A DNA stretch of 64,000 nucleotides, from the IMG/VR virus record IMGVR_UViG_3300020045_002218, positions 32,001 through 96,000 of that record, one strand, 5' to 3'. Positions 1-8,261 of the stretch are shown here, in pieces (positions within the stretch are counted from its first letter, which is position 1; every line of letters begins with the position of its first letter). This DNA comes from a virus. Below the pieces are notes generated by a model. That model worked only from the letters and a program-made list of their open reading frames with translations, ran no database searches and had not been told where the DNA came from. The position numbers and the translations under genes were made by a program.

Positions 1-186
1 AAGTGCTACATTGTGTAGCATTAAGTAATCTTAACCTTGTTGGTTCAATTTCTCTACCACAAGATTTACATCTTCTTGGATTACCATCCCAACCATCACA
101 CCTGATTCTATTAGCTAATCTCATTTCAAGTGTTTTTTGTTCAAATGATGCACCAGAGTCTGCATCTACAAAATTATCAAAATCAC

Positions 187-369
187 TCATGCTAGTAGAA
201 TCTCTGGTAAAGGTTGCTTGAATAGAAACTCATGTAATTCTTGTTTCTTAGTTTGAATTACATCTTTATTATGAGAATCTACAGGAAGGTATATTTCACA
301 TCCTGAATGATCTATTCCCATAATATATACTTTCTTTGTATTTAATGGAACATTGTTAAATGGATTCAT
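187..369 (-). CDS. hypothetical protein
   Basis: Short ORF in the minus-strand gene train, overlapping its neighbour. Confidence 0.55.
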   Translation of the reverse strand: MNPFNNVPLNTKKVYIMGIDHSGCEIYLPVDSHNKDVIQTKKQELHEFLFKQPLPEILLA

Positions 370-520
370 TTTTATTCTCTCTTATATAACGATAGGAATG
401 GCATAAGTCACAATTACCTATACCTTTACATTTAGGACAAGGAATCATATTAACATTGTTAAACCAATGTTTATTATAATTCCACAAATTCCAACCAGGT
501 TGTTTATATTTATTGTTCAT
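356..520 (-). CDS. small Zn-finger (CxxC..CxxC) protein
   Basis: CPKCKGIGNCDLC motif; likely start at MNNKYK. Confidence 0.5.
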   Translation of the reverse strand: MNNKYKQPGWNLWNYNKHWFNNVNMIPCPKCKGIGNCDLCHSYRYIRENKNESI

Positions 521-604
521 TTTTGTTAAGTACCTTGAGGCAAGCAACAGATTAGCAATGGTGGAATAGACCTAGGATTTACCACAAGATTTTACAAGGC
601 ACTT

Positions 605-642
605 AAAAAAAAAACCATTAACATATAAAGTATTGATGGTTT
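605..642 (-). terminator. rho-independent terminator
   Basis: AAACCATCAAT..GTTAATGGTTT stem followed by a long U run on the minus strand. Confidence 0.6.
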
Positions 643-698
643 GAGTTGAGGATTAACCTCGGAGGTGAAATACTATGTACGCATCACATAGTTTGGTT

Positions 699-840
699 TA
701 ATACACATAATACTAGGATTTATTGCGGATCTAACATTTGTTTTTACTAGCTTTACATAACCCCAACTATAACACTTTCTTATAGCTCGTTACTGTCCGT
801 AATGATTCAACTGGTTTACCAGTATTCATTATATGTATTA
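699..840 (-). ncRNA. candidate structured ncRNA
   Basis: 13-bp closing stem (699-711 with 828-840; G-U only on minus strand) enclosing three hairpins; no ORF. Confidence 0.5.
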
Positions 841-907
841 AATTTGGAGCAGGTCGTAGGGAAAACACGAAATAAGTTTAACAATTCTTTATCAGGAATT
901 CAACTTT

Positions 908-937
908 AAGTAGTTATCAGGCTATTCTACTTGAGCC
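908..937 (-). ncRNA. H-type pseudoknot element (copy E)
   Basis: GGCU-C-AAGUAG-AAU-AGCC-UGAUAA-CUACUU. Confidence 0.5.
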
Positions 938-956
938 ATGACTTTATACTAACGAA

Positions 957-1067
957 ACACTGTTATCTCTTCTAAATGGTTTATGAGGTTTAAAGTATAT
1001 AACCTCTTACGAACTTCATTATTGTATAATCTCCAAAGTGCTGTGGAATAGCTTAACCTAACAGTGC
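957..1067 (-). ncRNA. candidate structured ncRNA
   Basis: 9-bp closing stem GCACUGUUA/UAACAGUGU with internal hairpins UCCA/UGGA and GAGGUU/AACCUC. Confidence 0.45.
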
Positions 1068-1167
1068 TACATAAAAACCACCTTAATATATGGGTTAGTA
1101 TTGTTAAAAAACATATCAAATTCCTTTTCATTGTGGGTAAAAGTGGCAGAATGCCACATTTAAAATA

Positions 1168-1416
1168 TTATCTGTTTTGTCTGAGGTCAGCTAAAGAACG
1201 AGTAAGATCCATTGAAGCTCTTTTTAAAGAGCTAGTCTGTTTTACACCAGATACTAGATAATCTGGATTGTCTGTATAAGTAAAAAATTTATTAGGGTTT
1301 GTGTTGTGTCTTGCTCTAGCTTGAATTTCTTCTTCGCTTAAAGCTAATACTGTATCTATTTTTGAAATAAGTAATTCAGCACTATCTCTAACTAAAAGTA
1401 AAGTTGTTTTATTCAT
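1168..1416 (-). CDS. hypothetical protein
   Basis: ORF coupled to upstream gene by ATGA overlap. Confidence 0.7.
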   Translation of the reverse strand: MNKTTLLLVRDSAELLISKIDTVLALSEEEIQARARHNTNPNKFFTYTDNPDYLVSGVKQTSSLKRASMDLTRSLADLRQNR

Positions 1417-1631
1417 AATTTTTGTAATGTAAGTTTAATTTGTTCATTAGACATATCATGTAACTGTCTAATGAATTTATTCATTCTTATACTCATGGGT
1501 TCATAAAATATTGTTTTAAGATACTCTCGATAGTCTCTAAACCCAGAATAATATATTAAACCTACATCTAATAATATAGAATGAAGTTCTTGGTTCTCTG
1601 TTGTTGAAGTAAATCCTTTTTGTTTTTCCAT
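1413..1631 (-). CDS. hypothetical protein
   Basis: ORF in coupled operon. Confidence 0.65.
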   Translation of the reverse strand: MEKQKGFTSTTENQELHSILLDVGLIYYSGFRDYREYLKTIFYEPMSIRMNKFIRQLHDMSNEQIKLTLQKL

Positions 1632-1632
1632 G

Positions 1633-1860
1633 TTATGCGTTTAAGTGATAAATTAATTGTATACAATTTCCTAAAATAGATAGTGAAAGTAACCAGAGTA
1701 TTAAAAATGATTTCATTCTTTCATCAGAAAGTTCTGAATGTAATGCTCTCCATTGAGATAACATACCATCAATTTCTTGTATAGCTTCTTTTCTTTTTAT
1801 CCATTCTCCTTTAGGATCTTCTAACATTCCTTTAAACCGTGTATGTCTAAATCGTTTCAT
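1633..1860 (-). CDS. hypothetical membrane protein
   Basis: C-terminal hydrophobic helix; ATGA overlap with polymerase C gene. Confidence 0.65.
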   Translation of the reverse strand: MKRFRHTRFKGMLEDPKGEWIKRKEAIQEIDGMLSQWRALHSELSDERMKSFLILWLLSLSILGNCIQLIYHLNA

Positions 1861-2960
1861 TTATTTCCCTTACAAATATCAAGTATTTGTTTTATTGTTG
1901 AGTTGTTTGGTAATCCAATAGGTGTACTCCAGTTAGGATAGAATAAATCTACACTAGCTGAAATCTTTACAATATCGTGCTGTATTGCTTCTAATTCTTG
2001 CCAAGCCATACACTCAGTTAATTTCTTATTAAACCATTCTACACAGCCTATAGTGTCTTTAATCAGGTAATACTGAGCATCATGTATATGTGCTGATGGT
2101 TTAATATCTAAAGCATATTTAGATGCTAATACTCTTTGTTGCATCTCAATAGCAGATCTATTATTAAGTAATCCATACGATTGACCTAAAGCATTACCTG
2201 CTGTTCTTGATTCAGCTTTAGCTTCATTAGGTGTATTTTTATTACCTAAAATAGTTTGTTTAAGAATAGGCGTTCTAACTCTTAAACCAAATGCACAAGT
2301 AACATAACCATCTTTAGTTGCTTGTACTAATTGAGTATGAACCCATTCATCACTTACTTGATAAAGCTTATGATAATTGGTTTCAATTTGTTTAGCTCTT
2401 TCAACAGGTAAACCAAGATTCTTAACTAAGGTACTCCAAGTACCCTGATAAGTTAAGGCAAATGTTGGACACTTACTTTCTTGTCTCCAGTAAGGATATA
2501 CCTTAGCAATTGAATTAATAGACTCTACAGTATTTACTATATCAGGAAATTGTTCAGGAAAGTAAGCATAAGCTCTTAACGAATGTCCATCAAAACCGTC
2601 AACGTAACATTTTAGTTTGTTGGGATCTTTAGTTGTAAGAGCAGATACTTTGTCCTCTAAAGCGTCAAAATCAGCTCCAGCAAATATCCATCCTTTAGGA
2701 GCAATAAAACATTTCTTAATTAACTTTCCATATTGACTATTAGAAGGCAAATTTTGTAAATTCGGGGATGAACTACTTAATCTACCTGATACAGTTCCTC
2801 CAAGGTTAAAATTACCATGCAGGTAATAATAACCATCATCCTTTAATATTGACTTCTCTTTAAATGCAGATATGAATGTAGAGAGAATTTTCTCGACTGC
2901 TGATAATTCAATGAGTGCTTTTAGTAGTTTAGCAATTTCTATTGCTTCTTGTTTTGTCAT
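1857..2960 (-). CDS. DNA polymerase family A, C-terminal polymerase part (N4 gp39-like)
   Basis: TVSGRLSSSSPNLQN; motif A ADFDALE; motif B RQESKCPTFALTYQG; motif C IHDA; start at 2960 overlaps an upstream TGA (ATGA). Confidence 0.93.
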   Translation of the reverse strand: MTKQEAIEIAKLLKALIELSAVEKILSTFISAFKEKSILKDDGYYYLHGNFNLGGTVSGRLSSSSPNLQNLPSNSQYGKLIKKCFIAPKGWIFAGADFDALEDKVSALTTKDPNKLKCYVDGFDGHSLRAYAYFPEQFPDIVNTVESINSIAKVYPYWRQESKCPTFALTYQGTWSTLVKNLGLPVERAKQIETNYHKLYQVSDEWVHTQLVQATKDGYVTCAFGLRVRTPILKQTILGNKNTPNEAKAESRTAGNALGQSYGLLNNRSAIEMQQRVLASKYALDIKPSAHIHDAQYYLIKDTIGCVEWFNKKLTECMAWQELEAIQHDIVKISASVDLFYPNWSTPIGLPNNSTIKQILDICKGNK

Positions 2961-3106
2961 AAACATCTTTGCCAAAGAATATTTAATCCACCTACTACAG
3001 CTCCTAAAAGATAATTTAACTCTTTAATAGGATTTACTTCCATTACTAAATAAGCTAAACCAAGATTTGCTATTAGTATTAATGTTTGTTTAAGTACACA
3101 ATTCAT
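2957..3106 (-). CDS. small hydrophobic protein
   Basis: MNCVLKQ... two hydrophobic segments; stop overlaps polymerase C start. Confidence 0.5.
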   Translation of the reverse strand: MNCVLKQTLILIANLGLAYLVMEVNPIKELNYLLGAVVGGLNILWQRCL

Positions 3107-3317
3107 AAGTAACATCCTCAAGTAAATAATCTCTTGCTTGTAAAGCATAAGCATAAATATGATTCATATCATCTCTTCCATAAGTATCAATATCAAAGTA
3201 ATCTTCTTCATCAATCTCAGGAAATTCTTCTGATAAATACTCATAATAATTCTGTTCTTCAGTATAGATAACATTATCTACAAGTTTTTGAAATACTTCT
3301 TTATGTGTTTTATTCAT
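3090..3317 (-). CDS. acidic hypothetical protein
   Basis: D/E/Y-rich ORF, ATGA-coupled. Confidence 0.65.
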   Translation of the reverse strand: MNKTHKEVFQKLVDNVIYTEEQNYYEYLSEEFPEIDEEDYFDIDTYGRDDMNHIYAYALQARDYLLEDVTYELCT

Positions 3318-3475
3318 TTGTATTGCTCACATTGATCTTGTTGATCACTAAAGTTACTACAAGGATTGTTAATATCTACAGTAATATTTAAAGCTATAAA
3401 AAGTAATACAGTTAAAATAATTAAATCAAGGAATATAATAAATTCGTTTAAAAACTGTAAGGACTCTTTAATCAT
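3314..3475 (-). CDS. small membrane protein (53 aa, not in ORF track)
   Basis: MIKESLQFLNEFIIFLDLIILTVLLFIALN...; fills the gap and overlaps both neighbours. Confidence 0.55.
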   Translation of the reverse strand: MIKESLQFLNEFIIFLDLIILTVLLFIALNITVDINNPCSNFSDQQDQCEQYK

Positions 3476-3755
3476 GACCTTCACTTAATATTATAGACTT
3501 TAATGATTCAAAAGCTTCTGGAAGTATTTGTAATAATTGTTCCTTATAGTCACCTAACCAAAAACCTATTTTTATGTTTTGTTTAGAATGATGTAGTATT
3601 TCGTTTTGTTCTAAAAGAGTTTTATTAATACTTTCTAATGAAATAGTTTTTTCTTCTAACTCATTTACTTTATTTGTTAAATCTATAATTTGCATACGAG
3701 AATGTGAAAGTATATATAACACCTTTTTTGTTTCTTCATCTAATTCAGTATTCAT
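3468..3755 (-). CDS. coiled-coil hypothetical protein
   Basis: Heptad pattern; ATGA-coupled. Confidence 0.65.
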   Translation of the reverse strand: MNTELDEETKKVLYILSHSRMQIIDLTNKVNELEEKTISLESINKTLLEQNEILHHSKQNIKIGFWLGDYKEQLLQILPEAFESLKSIILSEGHD

Positions 3756-3973
3756 TTGATTACCTCCATATAGTTAGTTGGTTCAAAGTCTTCATCTAAT
3801 TTAAAAATAACTATACCATTTCTATCTAATCCCCATCTAACCGCAAACCAACAACCTTCTTCAATATCATTTTCTGTAAAGGTGTTATGTTGAGGATTCT
3901 CTTTAAAATGTTTAGCTGCTTTAAGAACAAAAACTTCTTCTTCTTTTCTAGCTGATAAGTAAATATGTTTCAT
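3752..3973 (-). CDS. hypothetical protein
   Basis: ATGA-coupled ORF. Confidence 0.65.
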   Translation of the reverse strand: MKHIYLSARKEEEVFVLKAAKHFKENPQHNTFTENDIEEGCWFAVRWGLDRNGIVIFKLDEDFEPTNYMEVIK

Positions 3974-4191
3974 TTAAACTCCAAAGGTAATTCTAAATGT
4001 GATACAAGTAATTTAATAAATGTACATAATTCTTCTTTTGATAATTTACAAGAATCATAATCAGCAACTGAAATATAACAAGTACCATTTGGTTTACTTT
4101 CAAAAGATAATCCAGCTAATTCTATCTCTTTCTTATCTTTAAATTTAAAAGCATAAGCATCTTTATTACCTATAGGTATGTGTTGTTCCAT
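3970..4191 (-). CDS. hypothetical protein
   Basis: AAGGAAG RBS upstream. Confidence 0.65.
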   Translation of the reverse strand: MEQHIPIGNKDAYAFKFKDKKEIELAGLSFESKPNGTCYISVADYDSCKLSKEELCTFIKLLVSHLELPLEFK

Positions 4192-4203
4192 TATTCTTCC
4201 TTA

Positions 4204-4410
4204 TTAATCAATATAACAATATTCAATAGTTTCTGAGCCTGTCAGTCTATCAATTCTTTTGAATTTTAATTTTATTCTTATGTATTCAGATCCTTCTAGT
4301 CTTTGATTATGGTATTCTTTATACCATTTTTCAGAAATCTCTTTAATAGGTTCTTCACGATACCGATTAAATAAACGATCCCAAAGATTTAATTTCTCAG
4401 GTTCAGCCAT
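4204..4410 (-). CDS. hypothetical protein
   Basis: Likely start MAEPEK, 1 nt after the polymerase N stop. Confidence 0.6.
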   Translation of the reverse strand: MAEPEKLNLWDRLFNRYREEPIKEISEKWYKEYHNQRLEGSEYIRIKLKFKRIDRLTGSETIEYCYID

Positions 4411-4411
4411 G

Positions 4412-6007
4412 TTACTCTTCCTCAAATATTTCTGATAATGATTCATCTAATTTAAATGAATCTTCTGTTAAACCAAACTCTGATAAGAGTTGATTATATT
4501 TTTTAAGTAATATCTTACCTCCTGTTGCACCTAAGCCCGTATCTGTTCTATCAGTAATCTCAAAGCCTAATTGATTGTAAACCAATTCAATTAACTGTTT
4601 AGGACTACTAGGGTTGAATGTAACTGGTTTAGGTATTTCTCTTGGTTTGATATTCTCAGGTTTCTTAGCTTTAGCTTTTCTATCTTCATAATCTTTAATC
4701 CAAGCTTGATTAGTAAGTGTTTCCTCTAACTGCTTAATTAAAGGATTATCTTGTATCTGAGCTAATTGAATATCTTTAATAGCTATTAACTCTTGTTCTG
4801 CTTTAAGAACTCGGTTCATGTCCAAGACCATTCCAGTTAATTCCATCTGAAGAATTACTTTTACAGAAGGAATAAAGATAGTATTGTAAATATCAAGTTG
4901 ATTATCAGCTACCATTATTGGATAGTTCTTTTTATAAAGATACCAAGTAGCTAAACAGTCTGTAAGGTTATATCTCAGTAAATCTTGCTTAGATATTAAC
5001 CTAATATCTTTAATATCCTCTTGAGCATAGTTACCCGTATATTCATGTGTATTTGGTTTAAGACCTAATGTATTACCTGCACATGAATTAGTAGCTAAGT
5101 ATGTAATGAGTTTTGTATCATCAACATTCTTAGTCATTACTTCTAAACCATAAAGTAATCCTTGCTGATCTAATAAGTTATTCATGAATAATTCATATAG
5201 GATAACCTTAGCATCATATCCAATATTGTGATATATAAGCTTTCCTTTATATGATTCAAAAAATTGTTTTAATAATGCTTTCTTATCATAGTTATCTATG
5301 TGATTTTGAAAGTAATTAGAAGATATTCCCTCTATATCTATAGAATCATAATCAATACAAAAAGCAATACCATTATGTTCATCCCAAGCAAATGCAATTG
5401 TACCAATACCTGCTTCATTGAAAGATAAGCTAAAGGCTTCTATGTCTACCGTTAAGGCATCATACTGATGTAACCTATCCAACCATAAGGCTATCTCTTC
5501 TATCGTGTCAGGATACGCTTCAGATTCAATAATATCACTACCTATTTCCTTATATGAACCAAGTACATGATTAGCTAAAGTAGATAGTGATAAATCAATT
5601 TTGCTTTGTTTACTTGGATCATAAAATAACACTTTGTAATTAAGAGATAGAATACAATTTATGTGTTCATATCCTTTAATCTTACAAGGTAAGATATACC
5701 CTAAATGAGGATCTACTTTAGTTACTCCTGTTAGGTATTTGAAATATGTACCATCACAAACTAACAAGGTATCTATCCCTAATGAGTGCAATGCAGGAAG
5801 TAAGCTACTTAGATATTCCTTGGCTTGAGAAGCTGTAGGTTTATCATATTTGAGACTAAAAGAGATTATAGTTGAAACATCCAATCCTAGAGCCTCTAAG
5901 GGGTCTAAATAATGCTTTTGGACTTCAGGTAATGAAAGACAAGTTTCTTTCATTAACAAGGCTATATGGAGATTCTCAGTTGAATTATGATGTAATAGGT
6001 GTTTCAT
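4412..6007 (-). CDS. DNA polymerase family A, N-terminal part (UDG-like domain, 3'-5' exonuclease, thumb start)
   Basis: ExoI DIEAF, ExoII HNIGYD, ExoIII YNLTD, QMELTG, FNPSSPKQL; N4 gp39-like N-terminus. Confidence 0.92.
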   Translation of the reverse strand: MKHLLHHNSTENLHIALLMKETCLSLPEVQKHYLDPLEALGLDVSTIISFSLKYDKPTASQAKEYLSSLLPALHSLGIDTLLVCDGTYFKYLTGVTKVDPHLGYILPCKIKGYEHINCILSLNYKVLFYDPSKQSKIDLSLSTLANHVLGSYKEIGSDIIESEAYPDTIEEIALWLDRLHQYDALTVDIEAFSLSFNEAGIGTIAFAWDEHNGIAFCIDYDSIDIEGISSNYFQNHIDNYDKKALLKQFFESYKGKLIYHNIGYDAKVILYELFMNNLLDQQGLLYGLEVMTKNVDDTKLITYLATNSCAGNTLGLKPNTHEYTGNYAQEDIKDIRLISKQDLLRYNLTDCLATWYLYKKNYPIMVADNQLDIYNTIFIPSVKVILQMELTGMVLDMNRVLKAEQELIAIKDIQLAQIQDNPLIKQLEETLTNQAWIKDYEDRKAKAKKPENIKPREIPKPVTFNPSSPKQLIELVYNQLGFEITDRTDTGLGATGGKILLKKYNQLLSEFGLTEDSFKLDESLSEIFEEE

Positions 6008-6353
6008 AAATATTACCTATAACTTCACATTCTTTATGATAAAAAGCTAAAATTACATTTCCCATAACAAAACATCCATCTTTAAAAGAGATTGCAAATT
6101 TAGAATGATTCCACGGTACAGAAACTAAATCACCTTCAAAGAGTTCTTTACCATTTTTATCTTTTAAACCAGTAAACTGTCCTTCAGATCCTTTTACTAC
6201 TTCATATCCTTGAACATTTGCTTTTCTATAAGGCTCATTAGTAACAAGCCATATTCTAGGTAAAATATTACCATCACCAGAATCTGAACAAATACCTATC
6301 CCATATATCCATCCTTTATCTAAACTGAACCCTCTAAACTTACTTTCTCTCAT
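5985..6353 (-). CDS. YopX family protein
   Basis: KFRG...GQFTGLKDKNGKELFEGD...EVIGNIYE. Confidence 0.85.
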   Translation of the reverse strand: MRESKFRGFSLDKGWIYGIGICSDSGDGNILPRIWLVTNEPYRKANVQGYEVVKGSEGQFTGLKDKNGKELFEGDLVSVPWNHSKFAISFKDGCFVMGNVILAFYHKECEVIGNIYETPITS

Positions 6354-6494
6354 TGTTTTACCCTCTTTTCAATATACTCAATACACCATAAACTACCAAC
6401 CACATAACCAACATGATATGTAGTACCATCTTTACTATCTTGAAACATCCTTGTACACTTCCCTCCTAAATTACTTTGTAACTCTTTTACATTT

Positions 6495-7421
6495 TTAGCT
6501 CTGTGTACTTGATTGTACTGGTCTATGAATATTCGTTTCATTTTTAAATACTCTTGATCCAAATATTAATAATTGTTTAATGTCTAGCTTGTGACATCCG
6601 ATACAAAGTACATTATCTTTCAAAGAAATAACTGTGTAGGTATTATCAATCTTTAAACCAATAACATCTTTACCATCTCTAAGTAACTCATACAATTCTT
6701 TTACTTTATCTTTATGAATTGTAATACCTTGAGTAGTTTGAATTTCTTGAGTCTTTTCGTTGTATCTTAATCTAGTTAAACCAGTATATGAGTAACAAGA
6801 ATTAGCTTCAAAGTTTAACCATAGAGCTAACTGCTCTTCACCTTTTAATGCTCTAAACTCATCTTCTTTTTGTTGTTTAAGAATACGTTGATGAGCTTTA
6901 TCATTTTCCTTGGTTTGCCATTCGGCATAATTAGGTATGTAATCTACTGGAAGAAATTCATTCTCTAACCATCTAAAGTCTGCTAAAGAGCATTGTTCAG
7001 GATATAAAGCAACTAACTTAAGAACATTAATTCTTTCATGGTTTGCTGTTTGAAGATATTCTAACTTTCTACTAATAGCTTTAGGTATTTTATTTAAAGT
7101 ATCTTTAATTAAACCAATATTCCTTTGTATTAATACTCTAGGTGTTTGTGAAGGATCTTCTACATAAATGATATTCCAATTAGAAGGAATAGCACTTCTT
7201 AAGAGTGATTGTTGTTTTGATGTAGTATTAGAAAAACTTCTTGTATCTACTAATATGGTTTGATTAGGGAGTTTCTTACCTATCATTGCTCCATAACGGT
7301 AGCTGTATAGGTCATTGCCCTCAGCAAACATTCTATTGTTTGGGGTATGACCTTCAAAACTATCATCTCCATATATCCAAGCATGTAATAACTGGTTGTA
7401 TCCTGAATAAGCTTTAATCAT
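6495..7421 (-). CDS. phage hypothetical protein
   Basis: 308-aa ORF in gene train. Confidence 0.75.
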   Translation of the reverse strand: MIKAYSGYNQLLHAWIYGDDSFEGHTPNNRMFAEGNDLYSYRYGAMIGKKLPNQTILVDTRSFSNTTSKQQSLLRSAIPSNWNIIYVEDPSQTPRVLIQRNIGLIKDTLNKIPKAISRKLEYLQTANHERINVLKLVALYPEQCSLADFRWLENEFLPVDYIPNYAEWQTKENDKAHQRILKQQKEDEFRALKGEEQLALWLNFEANSCYSYTGLTRLRYNEKTQEIQTTQGITIHKDKVKELYELLRDGKDVIGLKIDNTYTVISLKDNVLCIGCHKLDIKQLLIFGSRVFKNETNIHRPVQSSTQS

Positions 7422-7608
7422 CTAGTAAGTCTCTTTCTGTGATAGTCCATCCATCAGATTCAAAAATAGTTTCTTCTGAATTTGTTGCTATAACTAGATG
7501 ATCATTATATAAACCATAGGTATCTGAACTGTCACTACAAGTAAAGTAAATATACGCATTATACTTTTTAAGTAATGCAGCTAATTCTATTTTTAAATTA
7601 GTATTCAT
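7414..7608 (-). CDS. hypothetical protein
   Basis: ATGA-coupled ORF. Confidence 0.6.
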   Translation of the reverse strand: MNTNLKIELAALLKKYNAYIYFTCSDSSDTYGLYNDHLVIATNSEETIFESDGWTITERDLLDD

Positions 7609-7838
7609 AATTCTTCCAATTGTTTCTTTAATTGTTCATGTATTGCTTCATAGTAATCTTCTGTTAATAACAAATCTAACAAAGTATTTCCACTATCAAT
7701 TCTATATTCAAATTCCATATCTTCATCTGGATATTGGAATTCAGGATGTTCAGTATTACATTTAACTGCTGGATAAAACTCTGTTACTTCAATATCAACT
7801 GAAGTACCTTTAATTTGTATTTGGTATGTTCCTTTCAT
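7605..7838 (-). CDS. hypothetical protein
   Basis: ORF immediately after pseudoknot A. Confidence 0.65.
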   Translation of the reverse strand: MKGTYQIQIKGTSVDIEVTEFYPAVKCNTEHPEFQYPDEDMEFEYRIDSGNTLLDLLLTEDYYEAIHEQLKKQLEEL

Positions 7839-7845
7839 TATTTAT

Positions 7846-7871
7846 AAGCAGTTTATTGTCATGCTTAGGAC
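7846..7871 (-). ncRNA. H-type pseudoknot element (copy A)
   Basis: GUC-CU-AAGCA-U-GAC-AAUAAAC-UGCUU. Confidence 0.6.
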
Positions 7872-7877
7872 GTAAGA

Positions 7878-8261
7878 TTAATCTTCTAAGTCAGTTAGTT
7901 GCTTTTCAAGATCTTCAATACTCAAAGCATCTAATGATGCTTCTTTCTTATTTGCAAGTTTCTCACGAATAATTCTTGCTTGATTAGTTCTTAAAGCTTT
8001 AGTTTCTTTAGCTTGTTTATCAGCTAATTTAGATTCAATAACTGCTTTAACAACATCTCGCATTAACTCTAATTCTTTAGTTAAATGAGATCTTGGAGCT
8101 AACAATGTTGGACGCATTCTAGTATCAAGATTGTCACATAAAACTCCATAAGCAGTATCAAGTCTTTCTAGTGAATAACTCCATAAATCTTCAGTTGTTA
8201 CTTCACCATTACCTAAGTTAAATCTTATGTGTTGTTTTGTTGCTTCTAAGAAAATACTCAT
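7878..8261 (-). CDS. conserved phage coiled-coil protein, partner of the 655-aa gene
   Basis: IFLEATKQHIRF..GEVTTEDLW motif; ATGA-coupled. Confidence 0.75.
   Translation of the reverse strand: MSIFLEATKQHIRFNLGNGEVTTEDLWSYSLERLDTAYGVLCDNLDTRMRPTLLAPRSHLTKELELMRDVVKAVIESKLADKQAKETKALRTNQARIIREKLANKKEASLDALSIEDLEKQLTDLED

Noticed and set aside
845-862. Complete tRNA gene
   Set aside because: Only a 3'-like end with CCA; no matching 5' acceptor strand, D arm or anticodon arm
949-1261. ORFs 949-1131 (-) and 1064-1261 (+)
   Set aside because: Weak RBS; overlap predicted RNA structures or an opposite-strand gene
2961-4411. Group I intron or split intein joining the polymerase halves
   Set aside because: Gap filled by chained ORFs; no intron core or intein terminal motifs recognised
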